From a virus (taxonomy: Duplodnaviria; Caudoviricetes), in IMG/VR virus record IMGVR_UViG_3300044656_000027, positions 32,001 to 96,000 of that record: a DNA stretch of 64,000 bases. One strand, 5' to 3'. Positions 10,324-20,736 of the stretch are shown one piece after another. Position numbers and translations under genes: made by a program. The notes beneath the pieces are model-generated. The model was not told the DNA's origin. It worked only from the letters and a program-made list of their open reading frames with translations, and ran no database searches. Every line of letters starts with the position of its first letter. Within the stretch, counting starts at the first letter, position 1.

Positions 10324-11076
10324 TTAGATTTGGTACGTGATATTCACGTTCATGACGGAACCAGCCACCCAAGAATACGCAGGAGTACCAGGAGTTACCC
10401 AACCAATGTCAGTCTGTCGAATAGCGAATACAGTCATATTGTTGCTGTTAGGTCCCAGCCAGGTATTGAGTGGATGCCAGGCATTACCACCAGTAGGATT
10501 GTATCTGCCATTACCAACCCAGCCGAAGTTTCCGTTAGGCACATTAGTGGAAGTAAACGGAATAGTTACAGTGATATTTCCCGTTCCAAGAGAAGTACCT
10601 GTTCCACCAATCAGCATAGCGGAAACAAATACAGTTCGTCCACTAAGCTGATAGTAACCTTGTGCGGTAAAACCAGTTCCTAGAGCAGACAGCCCAGACC
10701 ATGTTGGCGTGTAAGAGTACCAAGGAGTATACACAGACTGCCAGGCTGTCCCATCATATACTTCCAAATCATTGATATCAGTTGCAAAAGCTAGCTGTCC
10801 CGCATATGGCGTAGCTGGCAAAGTAGAGGATGTCACCGTTGCTGGCACAGCCTGATTGGTAAAGTACACAGGCTTGGTAATGTCCCCACCACTGAAAGCA
10901 ACCCAAACTGTAGAACCCACAGGAGGAATTGGCTCTTGAGGATTAGCCGGTTCGGCAGAACGAATCTCTGCGGTACCTGCAATTTGTGGACACTGGACCC
11001 TGATCAAACCCTTATTTGTTGGATCAGTATTACTAGTTACCAGTGATCTATATAGTGCATCATACTTAGGTTGCAT
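10324..11076 (-). CDS. baseplate spike (gp5/gpV OB-fold) with C-terminal extension
   Basis: YRSLVTSNTDP...GLIRVQCP...P.VG..VWVAFSGGD..KPVY. Confidence 0.85.
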   Translation of the reverse strand: MQPKYDALYRSLVTSNTDPTNKGLIRVQCPQIAGTAEIRSAEPANPQEPIPPVGSTVWVAFSGGDITKPVYFTNQAVPATVTSSTLPATPYAGQLAFATDINDLEVYDGTAWQSVYTPWYSYTPTWSGLSALGTGFTAQGYYQLSGRTVFVSAMLIGGTGTSLGTGNITVTIPFTSTNVPNGNFGWVGNGRYNPTGGNAWHPLNTWLGPNSNNMTVFAIRQTDIGWVTPGTPAYSWVAGSVMNVNITYQI

Positions 11077-12298
11077 AGATATTTGCTCCCATGTTACTTG
11101 AGACCCATACGCCGCCAATGAGCTTGGCAGGTACAGTCTGTGTTACGGAGGATGTTTCGGACAGTGCAGAATTCAATGTCGTGTAAACCTGATCTCTGCC
11201 CAAGCAAGTATACATTCTATAGTCTGCATTCTGCGGAACAAAACCAGGGAGCGGCATGGTCAGGCAATGCTCTACTTCTTCCACAATCCATGTACCCGCC
11301 TCGTTCTGTGGCAGAGCATTTCCAACTAGGTTCACGAGAGTATTTGGTTTTACTCGCGCGTCTCCATATAACTCAGCCTTAGCAGTATTCCAATATAGAT
11401 TTCTGTTGAAGTCCGCTTGAGCCTTCTGGCTTGCTTCGTAGTAAGACTCGGCAGGATGCTCATTGTAATACTGAGTAATTACTGGAGCAATGGTAGAGGA
11501 GTCAGTAGCGGAGACCGTTAGATTAGGACTGACCTGCGCCTGAGTAATCTGATTGGTTCTAGGATTCAGACCAACCACGTTACGGCTAGCGGAGATTCCA
11601 CCATCAGGAGTGATCGTTCCTACGACTGGCTGAAAGTCTCTGATGGTATCCCATACACCTGGCAGATTGTGTGACCAGAACTCTGGGATATTTCTGATGT
11701 TCCCTCTGTCGAGAATGAGATTAGGATTTACGAAATATAGATCAGTGTTGTCTACATAGAACTTGTAACCGATTTCATGTGCCAACTGGTTGAGGAACAT
11801 GAAGTCAGAAGAGTTCTGGAGACGATACTGAATGGCCGCAGGGTAGGAATGGATGATGGAACGCATACCATTCTTGATCGCGATGTTACCTGCGATTGTA
11901 GAAGGACTAGTGTTCTTCCATGCGATATTACGGGTACTCTGCATTACCTGAGAACTACCAATGATCGTGTACTGAACAGTAGTAGTTGTCAGGTTGTTGT
12001 ACCCGATGTCCTTACCCGTTCTGATCAACTTGTAGGAAGCTGTGTATCCCACGAAGGAAGACAGAAAGTGTGGACGCATCCCATAGTTGATCTGGATAGG
12101 AGTATGCTCCGGTAGATACTGCCAAGAGTTGTTCTTGGCGTTCTGCAAGTATTCACCCACATACATAACATCCAGAAAAGCAACAGCGTGAGCGTTGGTC
12201 TTCTGGATGATACGCACCTTAGGCGTGTACTGTGTGAGCTGCGTGTTTCCGTTATAGAACACCTCAAAGTACGGTACGGAAGGTAAGTTACTAAGCAC
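11066..12298 (-). CDS. baseplate hub (gp27/GpD/VgrG-like)
   Basis: QNSSDFMFLNQLAHEIGY, GDARVKP..LV...G.W.V.EVEH motifs; between tail X-like and spike genes. Confidence 0.8.
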   Translation of the reverse strand: MLSNLPSVPYFEVFYNGNTQLTQYTPKVRIIQKTNAHAVAFLDVMYVGEYLQNAKNNSWQYLPEHTPIQINYGMRPHFLSSFVGYTASYKLIRTGKDIGYNNLTTTTVQYTIIGSSQVMQSTRNIAWKNTSPSTIAGNIAIKNGMRSIIHSYPAAIQYRLQNSSDFMFLNQLAHEIGYKFYVDNTDLYFVNPNLILDRGNIRNIPEFWSHNLPGVWDTIRDFQPVVGTITPDGGISASRNVVGLNPRTNQITQAQVSPNLTVSATDSSTIAPVITQYYNEHPAESYYEASQKAQADFNRNLYWNTAKAELYGDARVKPNTLVNLVGNALPQNEAGTWIVEEVEHCLTMPLPGFVPQNADYRMYTCLGRDQVYTTLNSALSETSSVTQTVPAKLIGGVWVSSNMGANIYAT

Positions 12299-12572
12299 GT
12301 GGCACTCTTATCTGTTGTCCGGGCTGAACGGAATTCCAGAATAGAACTTCCGGATTCGCGTTAGCAATTCTCCACCACTGAGTTTCGTCTCCGTATGCAG
12401 AGAAGGCAAGATATTCTATTTGATCCCCAACCTTCCATGTGTAGATAGAGACGTTATACGTTACAGCTTGATCTACAGGTTCAATGATAATCGTAGGCTT
12501 CACTACGCCATTGCTTCCCTGGATAGCCACTACCGTGTTGTCGGCATAGCGACTGAATGGACTAATAGCCAC
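12291..12572 (-). CDS. LysM/tail X-like baseplate protein
   Basis: GD....LA...YGDETQWWRIANANP...PGQQIRVP; GTG start with AGGAG RBS. Confidence 0.85.
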   Translation of the reverse strand: MAISPFSRYADNTVVAIQGSNGVVKPTIIIEPVDQAVTYNVSIYTWKVGDQIEYLAFSAYGDETQWWRIANANPEVLFWNSVQPGQQIRVPRA

Positions 12573-12580
12573 GATAACTC

Positions 12581-13387
12581 CTATCCTACAGGGTTGAGCA
12601 AATTGGAATCGGTGATTGGAAGGATATTGAATTGAATATCGATACCACATCTCTGAGGGACCATTGCCGAAGTAAAGTGTGTCCACGTTACGTCAAAGCC
12701 AGTAATGAAACCATAGTAGGACAGTGACCACTGGTTGGTGGCTCCAAAGAACAGGTGGACAGGCTGCACAGACATTGGTCCTGCTTGCACAGTTACATTA
12801 GCTGATGCCTGAGCACCACCCGTACCAGCTCCGGTAGATGCAGTAGACGTAGCAGGAGCGTTAATACCTAAGAGGTTGTACATAGCTTCTACGTCTACAC
12901 GGACCCCATACTTACCGGCGTCAGTGCTGGCGTATCCACTATCCCATAGTTCAAAAGTTCTGTCGAACAATAGAGAGAATCCTAATGTTGCATTAAGAGG
13001 AACCTTGAACGCCCCGGGATCTCCCTGTACTCGATACTGAGATGGGAGTGGCGTATTGTTCAGGTCCAAGTTACGGGACTCAGCAATAGTGGAAGGATTG
13101 TATAGGAAGTTCACCTGGCGAATAATGCTATGTGTTTCCTTAGCTCCACTAGTAAGGGGAGCCAAGTCAGTAATGAGTCTTCCTCTTTGGAGATTGCCTC
13201 CAGAGTTATATCCGAAACCACTAGCCAAGGGGGGATCAACAGATCGGTTGGTCCCCGCCTTGTAGCTATTGGTTATATTCAAAATGTTTGGGTGGAACGG
13301 GGGATTACTAAAGATAGTAGTCCCCGGCGTTCCTGATAAAGCAGGATACGGAGTACCCTGAATTGGTGCATTAACTGGTGTTGACAT
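12581..13387 (-). CDS. tail tube initiator-like baseplate protein
   Basis: FLYNPSTI, FSLLFDRT, VTWTHFT..MVPQRC motifs; follows tape measure. Confidence 0.65.
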   Translation of the reverse strand: MSTPVNAPIQGTPYPALSGTPGTTIFSNPPFHPNILNITNSYKAGTNRSVDPPLASGFGYNSGGNLQRGRLITDLAPLTSGAKETHSIIRQVNFLYNPSTIAESRNLDLNNTPLPSQYRVQGDPGAFKVPLNATLGFSLLFDRTFELWDSGYASTDAGKYGVRVDVEAMYNLLGINAPATSTASTGAGTGGAQASANVTVQAGPMSVQPVHLFFGATNQWSLSYYGFITGFDVTWTHFTSAMVPQRCGIDIQFNILPITDSNLLNPVG

Positions 13388-16300
13388 TAGACTCCGACCT
13401 GTATGTTCTTTACTCGGGTGTACTCTTCGATTGCGTCAACGATAAGCTTACCAGTCGCCTTAGCTTCTGTTGGCGTACCAGAGTATCCCTCAGGTAGGTT
13501 TACATTTATATTGCCAATTGAGATGGTGCCGCCATTTCCACGAGAGCTAAGTCCTGGATTGAACTGGTTGTTCATAAGTACCTGACGAATTGATTCAGCC
13601 TGCTGAGCAGGAATGATCATCTCGCCCTTGTGGACAATAGCTTGCTGATCCTTATCAATGTTGTAAGCACCAGCAGCATACCAATTGTTCTTCTGGTGGA
13701 AGGACCATGCCTTAGTTGGATCTCCATAGCGGTCAGCAATGTAACCCATCATCCACTGGAGCTGTGTGTCTCCGTTGGTCTGCCAATCCTTACCAGCGCT
13801 AGCCATCTTGGAACCTGGTAGAGCCTGAGGAATTCCATAGGCCCCAGAGCTTGGGTTGGTAGCGTGGACATCCCAGCCAGACTCAGACATGACCAAAGCA
13901 TTGAAGTCATCCCACTCATTACCCCAACCCCTTGCATTAAGAAGCTGCTTGGCGTATGCCTGTAGAGACGCCTTGTCGTTTTGCCCATTACCAGTAGGTA
14001 TGTTTCCTGCACCCGCAGTTGCTCCCGTAGAAGCAGCAGATCCAGTAGAAGATCCAGCAACTACAGAAGTTCCGGCTGTTGAGGTAAGAGCAGCCATTAA
14101 GTTCTGCAACTCTGATGTGCCACCATATGCTCCACCATCTCCACCAGCACCCGGCATGCTGCCTAGAGTTTGTGGAGTCACCTGGTTGTTGGCTGACTGT
14201 CCTGTGCTGGTGTTGTTCAGGAATCTACCAGCATTGGTGAACTCACCAGGGTTCTTAGCGCGAATACGAACATCAGCACCAGTGTGCGGAGCCTCAATGA
14301 TCTGTCCGCCACCAATATCCATAACAACGTGGTGAGCAGGATTACCAACGAATAGCAAGTCACCAGGAAGAGTGTTGTTCAGATCAACACGCTGAGATGC
14401 AGACTGCTGGTCAGCAGCAACACGAGGAATCTTTACACCCGCCTGACCGTAAGCCCACTGAGTAAGACCAGAGCAGTCAAAGCCAACTCCAGGTGTTTCT
14501 CCACCCCAAACGTATGGAACACCAAGTTCTTTCTTAGCGAAACCAATAACAGTTCCCGCGCTTACTCCCATATTGGAAGCACCATTACCAGGAGTATTAC
14601 CTACTACAGAAGAGGAACCTCCACCAGAACGTCCAGTGGTTCCAGATCCTCGGTGAGTTGCGATGAAGTTATTAATCCACGCGTCTCTCTTCTTTTGATC
14701 CTTCCACCCAATCGGAGAGTTCAGACCGTATTGGTACTGGGACATGAAGTCTTCGAAGTTGCCCTTTGTCCAATCTGCTGGTCGAGGGATCTTGGAGAAT
14801 GGAATGTTCTTGGAGTGGTTGTACATCCAATCCCAGGTAACACGCTGAGTTGTATCTCCTGCACCAGCAGCAGCTAACAAAGTAAGACCAACTGGATTAG
14901 CAGCGGTCATAGCTGCTTCGGTTCCACCCGCAGCCGTAAGTCCGGGTTCCATAGACGTGATGTTGTAAGCGCCACCAGGACCGGGGGTCCCACCAATTGG
15001 ACCTGTTGGAAGTCCACGGCTAGCCGCCGCAGCGCCACCAGAACCAAACCCCATGTTCTTCATAAGCCCTGACAGGCTTCCTAAGCCACCGAAAAGTTTC
15101 ATGGCACCGAAGAGTCCGGCACCCATTCCAAAGGCTCCTGAGAAGCCACTGAGAGCGTTTGAGATAGGTGCTGCGATTCCAGCAGAAGTACCAACAAGCT
15201 TGTCCAATCCAGTGGTCTTCATCAAATCAGTAAGGGCCTGACTGAACTTGTTAACTACATCTGTTGTGTTCTTGAAGGCTGTAGCCATGGATTCATTGAT
15301 ATCTTCCTGGCGGTTCATTCTTGTGGAGTTCAAGTTACGTTGAGCTTCAAAGGCAGACTGGCCAACCCCAATGGACTTAAGCTGATTGCGTGCTGCTAAG
15401 CCTGCCTTGGAATTGGAGGACGCTTGATTCATCAGAGAGACATACTGGCTCTGGGACATTCCCTTGTTCTGAGCAAGAACCATTCCTTGTAGGTATCCCA
15501 TGTACTCTTGCTGAGTTTGTCCACTCCAACCCATCTGCGCACCAAGACTTCTCAAGGTTGTAGCCAAGGAACCGTTTTGAGTTATGGACTTACCAAATCC
15601 TTGAGAGGTGATCTTCTGATTTCCAAAGACATAACTATACAGACTTTGAGCAACATCTCCTACGTTCTGAGTATTGGGATTAATGTTCAGTCCGAATGCT
15701 TGTCCCATCATAATGCTTCGTGCAGAGAACGTCTGCTGTGCAGTAGTAGCCGCAGTGCTGAAACCTAGAGTTGGGTTAGCATATGCAAAACCACCAACAG
15801 CACTCATCTGCTGACGGTAGTAAGCATTCTGAGAACCATTAGCATTCATCGAAGGACCGAAAGTGTACTGCCCCGTGTACTGACCCTTGTAAAGATCCTG
15901 TGCGGATAGTGCTCCATAGGATTGCTGCATTGCATAACGCGCGGCATTGTTGATATTTGCTTGGGTTACATTACCAGCAAGTTGAGAAGCCTGGACACCG
16001 TAGTAATCCTGCTGCATCATGCCAGCCATGTTCTTGTTACCGTAATCAGCCGCAGCCGTTCCAATGGCAGCTAGAGCAGCAAATCCAGCAGACAGGCGAG
16101 ATCCAGAACCCAAAGCACCAAAGCTTCCGCCCCCACCATTAGCATTGCGGTTAAGCATTCCTCCAAGAGTGAACTTACCGCCGCCCCCATTAGCGGAGTA
16201 GTTAGCGCGATTAGATGACGAGTTCCAATTGTAGGAGCTAGTAGATCCAGTGGCACGGTTGTTGGAGCTGGTCAGTGCATTCATCGCACCAGCCAACTTC

Positions 16301-16410
16301 TCCACATTCATATTCAGTTTATCGATTTTGGCATCTAATGAATCAACCGCCTGTTGAAGACCATTGGTCCCCAACAAGCGGCTGGCTCCGATGTTGTTTT
16401 CCTCAGCCAC
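13387..16410 (-). CDS. tape measure protein with NlpC/P60 peptidase and lytic transglycosylase domains
   Basis: 1007 aa helical N-half; LGVPYVWGG...FDCSGL...HV; ESGW...ATNPSSGAYGIPQALP...YIADRYG. Confidence 0.9.
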   Translation of the reverse strand: MAEENNIGASRLLGTNGLQQAVDSLDAKIDKLNMNVEKLAGAMNALTSSNNRATGSTSSYNWNSSSNRANYSANGGGGKFTLGGMLNRNANGGGGSFGALGSGSRLSAGFAALAAIGTAAADYGNKNMAGMMQQDYYGVQASQLAGNVTQANINNAARYAMQQSYGALSAQDLYKGQYTGQYTFGPSMNANGSQNAYYRQQMSAVGGFAYANPTLGFSTAATTAQQTFSARSIMMGQAFGLNINPNTQNVGDVAQSLYSYVFGNQKITSQGFGKSITQNGSLATTLRSLGAQMGWSGQTQQEYMGYLQGMVLAQNKGMSQSQYVSLMNQASSNSKAGLAARNQLKSIGVGQSAFEAQRNLNSTRMNRQEDINESMATAFKNTTDVVNKFSQALTDLMKTTGLDKLVGTSAGIAAPISNALSGFSGAFGMGAGLFGAMKLFGGLGSLSGLMKNMGFGSGGAAAASRGLPTGPIGGTPGPGGAYNITSMEPGLTAAGGTEAAMTAANPVGLTLLAAAGAGDTTQRVTWDWMYNHSKNIPFSKIPRPADWTKGNFEDFMSQYQYGLNSPIGWKDQKKRDAWINNFIATHRGSGTTGRSGGGSSSVVGNTPGNGASNMGVSAGTVIGFAKKELGVPYVWGGETPGVGFDCSGLTQWAYGQAGVKIPRVAADQQSASQRVDLNNTLPGDLLFVGNPAHHVVMDIGGGQIIEAPHTGADVRIRAKNPGEFTNAGRFLNNTSTGQSANNQVTPQTLGSMPGAGGDGGAYGGTSELQNLMAALTSTAGTSVVAGSSTGSAASTGATAGAGNIPTGNGQNDKASLQAYAKQLLNARGWGNEWDDFNALVMSESGWDVHATNPSSGAYGIPQALPGSKMASAGKDWQTNGDTQLQWMMGYIADRYGDPTKAWSFHQKNNWYAAGAYNIDKDQQAIVHKGEMIIPAQQAESIRQVLMNNQFNPGLSSRGNGGTISIGNINVNLPEGYSGTPTEAKATGKLIVDAIEEYTRVKNIQVGV

Positions 16411-16431
16411 TTGGTCTCCTATGTTAAGTCG

Positions 16432-16692
16432 TTACCTTCCATTATACCTAAATGGCTTTCCGCTGAAAGTAACTCCCTGACCAATAGAGCCAGTGACGAC
16501 CTGAGGCGCGTTATTCTGTTGGTGCATTCTCTGGTATTTCTGTTCCAATTCCCAGAGCACTCTGTTAACCCAATGTAGGCGTTCTCTTCTATTAAGTCTT
16601 TTAATATCGGAGAGTGGCCAATTGTAATTATCTACTAATTGTTCATAATCTTTATAGAGTAATTCTAAATTAGATACCGCGAAATAGGGCAC
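16432..16692 (-). CDS. tail/baseplate assembly chaperone, downstream ORF (T4 gp51-like; possibly frameshift-expressed)
   Basis: LYKDYEQLV..YNWPLSDIKRL.RRER..W motif; overlaps upstream chaperone in +1 frame, no clear RBS. Confidence 0.7.
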   Translation of the reverse strand: MPYFAVSNLELLYKDYEQLVDNYNWPLSDIKRLNRRERLHWVNRVLWELEQKYQRMHQQNNAPQVVTGSIGQGVTFSGKPFRYNGR

Positions 16693-17542
16693 CCACGCTT
16701 AGAGGAATGGTTAGCTCCCCTTCGCAACTTGGGCAAGAACCTGAGACCTCATCATAGCGAGGACCAGGATTGATGTTGTAAATGAAATCCTGTACAGCTC
16801 TGCGGTCAGCTAGACCTAGCTTCTTCACATCATTCAACCCGTTGCATGGAGTCTCATTGCCTGTAGCGTCTACGAAAGACAGAATGCAATGGGCAAGAGT
16901 TACCGTATTCATTTCGGGAATGGTCAGTGGCTTCTTGAAAAGCTCCGTCTGTAGAGCACCCGTAGGCAGAGTAATACGAGCCTTGCGACCCTTACGCAGG
17001 TCAACAACATATTCTCTCTGCTCTGGATCTTCCAGCTTACGTACTGGGATATCAGAGAGATTAAGCTGGAGATCATTAGCCTCACCACAGTGAGGACACT
17101 CAAGACCATTAAGCTCAAAGTCTTCTCCGAAGGTAGCACGACGAATACCAAGGATCAGCATGTCTAGGTCTCCCTGTAGCATGCCGTCCAGAATGGCTGG
17201 AGTGGCCTTTACATCGCCGATCGATACCACGCCGCACTGGAGTAGCGTGCTGATGAACTTAGCAGGGTTAGGAGCCTGTCTGGCCTTTGCCAACAACTCT
17301 TCATGCTCTCCAGTAAGTTCCTGTACCTCAGCGTCCTGAAGAACTTCTCCGTCATCTGCTACAAGTCCACCAGGAAGCTGGACATAACATTCTGGATATG
17401 GCTCGATGACAGGGGCAGATTGCGGAGTAAGAGAACTCAGTACCTTCTTAGTCAATGCATTAAGGTCTGATGTTTCTGCCGTGTGAATCTGCCCCTGATC
17501 ATCATCAAAGGACATACTGTATTGTGGCTTCTCGTATTCCAT
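16670..17542 (-). CDS. tail/baseplate assembly chaperone (T4 gp26-like, CxxC)
   Basis: GD...LILGIRRATFG, CPHC and CPSC; between tube and tape measure. Confidence 0.75.
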   Translation of the reverse strand: MEYEKPQYSMSFDDDQGQIHTAETSDLNALTKKVLSSLTPQSAPVIEPYPECYVQLPGGLVADDGEVLQDAEVQELTGEHEELLAKARQAPNPAKFISTLLQCGVVSIGDVKATPAILDGMLQGDLDMLILGIRRATFGEDFELNGLECPHCGEANDLQLNLSDIPVRKLEDPEQREYVVDLRKGRKARITLPTGALQTELFKKPLTIPEMNTVTLAHCILSFVDATGNETPCNGLNDVKKLGLADRRAVQDFIYNINPGPRYDEVSGSCPSCEGELTIPLSVGALFRGI

Positions 17543-17580
17543 TTAAACTTCCTTTAGTAGTTCGATTTCAGACTAGCTCT

Positions 17581-18156
17581 TTAGAATGATACTCCATTTA
17601 GGCCCGTCTTAGAAGCGAGCTTGAAGTCGAATCCTTCGTGTGCCAAGGACATCTGCTGCATAAGAACTGCATTAGCTCCAGCGTCCAAGTCAGAGAAGGC
17701 GATGCTTGTTGGCCATGCGTTGTACACACGATAGATTGCCTTTACAGGAACCTGTGGTGTAGTAACAGGGTGATCAAGAACCATGATGTCAACCGTTGCG
17801 CGGAAGTCCGCACCTGGGAAACCGGTTCCTGTTCCCTGCATAACAGCGAACAATTCCTGCATCCATTGCCATAATGGACCAGAGCCGACAGCTACTCCTT
17901 GGCTCAACGTGATCGGGGCGAAGTCGCTCTGACCAGGCATCTTCTGAGTTGTCGTGTTCATTCCACCCTCACGGTACGGAATTACTTCCGTCGTGATGTT
18001 TAGTCCACTGACTGTCATGAATCCTAGGTTAGCGAAGCCGCTAATCTTAGGGTGCATGATATTTACGTTGAACTTAAAGTTTCTCAACGGATCAGTGGCA
18101 AGGTGGGCAATAGAGGGAGTCGCCTTTAGGATTGGCGCATTACCTACTGTAGCCAT
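17581..18156 (-). CDS. tail tube protein (T4 gp19 family)
   Basis: DPLRNFKF, GF..VSGL...TEVIPYREGG......KMPG, NAWP......LDA motifs. Confidence 0.95.
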   Translation of the reverse strand: MATVGNAPILKATPSIAHLATDPLRNFKFNVNIMHPKISGFANLGFMTVSGLNITTEVIPYREGGMNTTTQKMPGQSDFAPITLSQGVAVGSGPLWQWMQELFAVMQGTGTGFPGADFRATVDIMVLDHPVTTPQVPVKAIYRVYNAWPTSIAFSDLDAGANAVLMQQMSLAHEGFDFKLASKTGLNGVSF

Positions 18157-18169
18157 TTATCTATTCTCC

Positions 18170-20089
18170 TTAGGCTGAGGTGGTTGTGGAAGCAGCCATC
18201 TGGTTGATGTTAATGACGATGAACTCAGCAGGTGTATTCAAGGCAATACCAACCTGAACGTGAACTTCACCAGCGGCGATTGTGGTTGGGGTATTTACTC
18301 CAGAGTCACACTGTACGTAGTAAGCCTGCTGTGGAGTGTCACCCTGTAGAACTCCTGCCTGCCAAATTCCCTGTAGGTACTGAGCAACTACAGCAGACAG
18401 GCGAGCCCATAGCTGAGAGTTGTTGTTCTCGAATACCGCGAACTGAGTCAGGTTGTTCAAGTTGTAGGTGATGTTCAACAGCGTACGCTCAATAGATACA
18501 TAACGTGTTGGAAGATTTGTCAGGGTAGTACGTGCACCCATTACGCAATATCCATAGGAAGCTACGTTACGAATTACGTTGATACCCTGAACATTCAGTG
18601 TATCCAGGTTGGAGTTCTGGAATGTTAATTCTGTAGAAGCCACACGAAGAAGTGGAATGGTTACACCAGCAGGGGACTTCTGTACTCCGTAGAGAGCATC
18701 AGTCTGGCTGATCAAACCAAGTACAGCGCCACCAGGAGGCAGCGTACGCGTAGCACCAGGAGTCGTAGAGATTGGATCAGGTACATTCAACCAAGGACCA
18801 TAGATAGCGGCTCCAGAAGTCAATGGTGAGATTGAGTTGGAACCAACCACCATAGACAGGTAGTTGTTAACTGTGGAAGTTTCGTTAGGCGTTACACCAT
18901 CAGATCCAATTACTGCCTGAGGAGTATCCACAACCACAAACATGTTCGGAGTTGAGGAGGTGTAAGCAAGTAGAGGATTCAGTGTAGAGGTGGAACTGAT
19001 TCCTGGGAAGTTGATATCAAGCGTTCCCTGGATTGTTCCAAGCTGTTGTACCGCAGTTAGTAGAGAAGGTGAAGCTACACCATCAGAACCAGATGCCAGT
19101 GCTACACCGCTTTGAGCTTGTGGCGTCATAGCAGAGGTCCATGTGGTGTATGTTCCTAGGTCAACTGCACGAATGTACTTAGATCCCAGAAGTGTGGAGT
19201 TGATCATAGATACAGCGTATCTTTGGTCAGTGCGGTTCATGGACATATCTAGGAAACGCTCTACGATTGTGGCGTCTGTAGTTCCACCGTAGTGGACAAT
19301 TAAGTTGAAGCGCCCGGCTCCAGTGTTGGAGTCAACGATGTCAACGTAGATATTGTTTCCCCACGCACCAGCGGATACACAAGAAAGCTTTAGGATTGGA
19401 ACTGGAGTACCTGTGGTGTTGTACAGAGGAATAGCACCAAGAGGTGTGTAGGAACCATTGTCAGTAAAGGTTAAGGTTCCTGCTGCTACAGAGCTGAGCT
19501 TCAATGGTGTAGCAAGCGGTCCACCAGTAGTCAGGTTACGACGGTAGATGTTGTAACCCGTAATGGTTCCAGAGGTGGCAGTCCATGTCAGTACAACGTT
19601 GTTCGTGTTGGAAAGAGTCTGATTAGCCACAGCAGTTGCAACTACAGAGCCATTGGTCTCTCCACCAGCAGTGGTAGCTGTTACGGTGTACTCGTAAGTG
19701 TAAGAAGGAGTTACAGTTCCACCCGGAGTAGCTACAAGGTTAGTAGGCGGAAGAACAGCGCCAGCTCCAGCCTCACGGTCATTCATGGTTAGCGTTGCAG
19801 TTACAGCGTCAGAAGCAGTAGCGCGAACTACATAGCACTGGTTACCGTTGTTCTGGAAGTACTGCCATACCGCAAAAGGCAAGTAGTTGGTAGAGCTGGA
19901 AGCAGTAGCGTTTCCGAATCCACCAAAGAGGTTCTGGAAGTCATTCCAGCTCTTTAGAAGGGTAGGGGTGGTTGGTCCCTGTGTGTGAACTCCGACGAAG
20001 GCAGCGGTAGATTGTCCGGGTGATGTACTCCCCGTTGTAATCGGAGTCAAGAGCGTATTAACATATACGCCTGGACGAGAGTAAGGCAT
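18170..20089 (-). CDS. contractile tail sheath protein
   Basis: YSRPGVYV, TAAFVG...GP, PPGG.V.G, GARTT....RYV, VFENN...LW, PAEFIVI. Confidence 0.95.
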   Translation of the reverse strand: MPYSRPGVYVNTLLTPITTGSTSPGQSTAAFVGVHTQGPTTPTLLKSWNDFQNLFGGFGNATASSSTNYLPFAVWQYFQNNGNQCYVVRATASDAVTATLTMNDREAGAGAVLPPTNLVATPGGTVTPSYTYEYTVTATTAGGETNGSVVATAVANQTLSNTNNVVLTWTATSGTITGYNIYRRNLTTGGPLATPLKLSSVAAGTLTFTDNGSYTPLGAIPLYNTTGTPVPILKLSCVSAGAWGNNIYVDIVDSNTGAGRFNLIVHYGGTTDATIVERFLDMSMNRTDQRYAVSMINSTLLGSKYIRAVDLGTYTTWTSAMTPQAQSGVALASGSDGVASPSLLTAVQQLGTIQGTLDINFPGISSTSTLNPLLAYTSSTPNMFVVVDTPQAVIGSDGVTPNETSTVNNYLSMVVGSNSISPLTSGAAIYGPWLNVPDPISTTPGATRTLPPGGAVLGLISQTDALYGVQKSPAGVTIPLLRVASTELTFQNSNLDTLNVQGINVIRNVASYGYCVMGARTTLTNLPTRYVSIERTLLNITYNLNNLTQFAVFENNNSQLWARLSAVVAQYLQGIWQAGVLQGDTPQQAYYVQCDSGVNTPTTIAAGEVHVQVGIALNTPAEFIVININQMAASTTTSA

Positions 20090-20099
20090 TTAATATCTC

Positions 20100-20720
20100 C
20101 TAGTTTTGAGGCGGCAGGACAGTAATGTTGTTAACTGTCTTCTGGACCTGGTAGTAGGTATCGATCTCTACTGGCAATAGTTCAGTAGATACACGAACAG
20201 TGTATACATTGTGGAACAATCTCTTGCCATCGGCATCATGAGTGTTCTGTCTTTCTGGACCTGCCATCAGATCCATTCTGCGCACCGTGCCATCTTCGGG
20301 TATAGCTAGATAGCCATGACGTACGCTGAGGAAATCCGGACCGGACAATATTGCTGTAAGCAAAGTAGAGTGCTTATTGTTCTGGGATAGGACTTCTATT
20401 TGATAATCAATATTATACGGGATTGGCGTGAAAGCCCAGTACGGGCTATTAGTCACATCTAGATTACCATCATTGATCCATTGTGTGAAATTCTCCGGAG
20501 TATATGGTAATTGGTACCAACCTGACCCAGCTCTCTCTGCATCGAATGAGAGCCCAACATTACAGATAACGATGGATGGGTAGGTCAGGTTGACTAGTTC
20601 AACATCGGGGTCCAACCAAATAGCTTGGACTGGTCTACCCGTGTCTGGCGCGTTCACGTCCGGTACTACTAGGTTGGAGAACTTGTCCTTCATTGCTCTG
20701 TCTTCATTGAAGATAAACAT
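20100..20720 (-). CDS. tail terminator / sheath stabiliser-like protein
   Basis: YP.I......D.ER...PIPYNIDYQI motif; immediately upstream of sheath. Confidence 0.6.
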   Translation of the reverse strand: MFIFNEDRAMKDKFSNLVVPDVNAPDTGRPVQAIWLDPDVELVNLTYPSIVICNVGLSFDAERAGSGWYQLPYTPENFTQWINDGNLDVTNSPYWAFTPIPYNIDYQIEVLSQNNKHSTLLTAILSGPDFLSVRHGYLAIPEDGTVRRMDLMAGPERQNTHDADGKRLFHNVYTVRVSTELLPVEIDTYYQVQKTVNNITVLPPQN

Positions 20721-20736
20721 TGTTCTCCTTTAGGGA

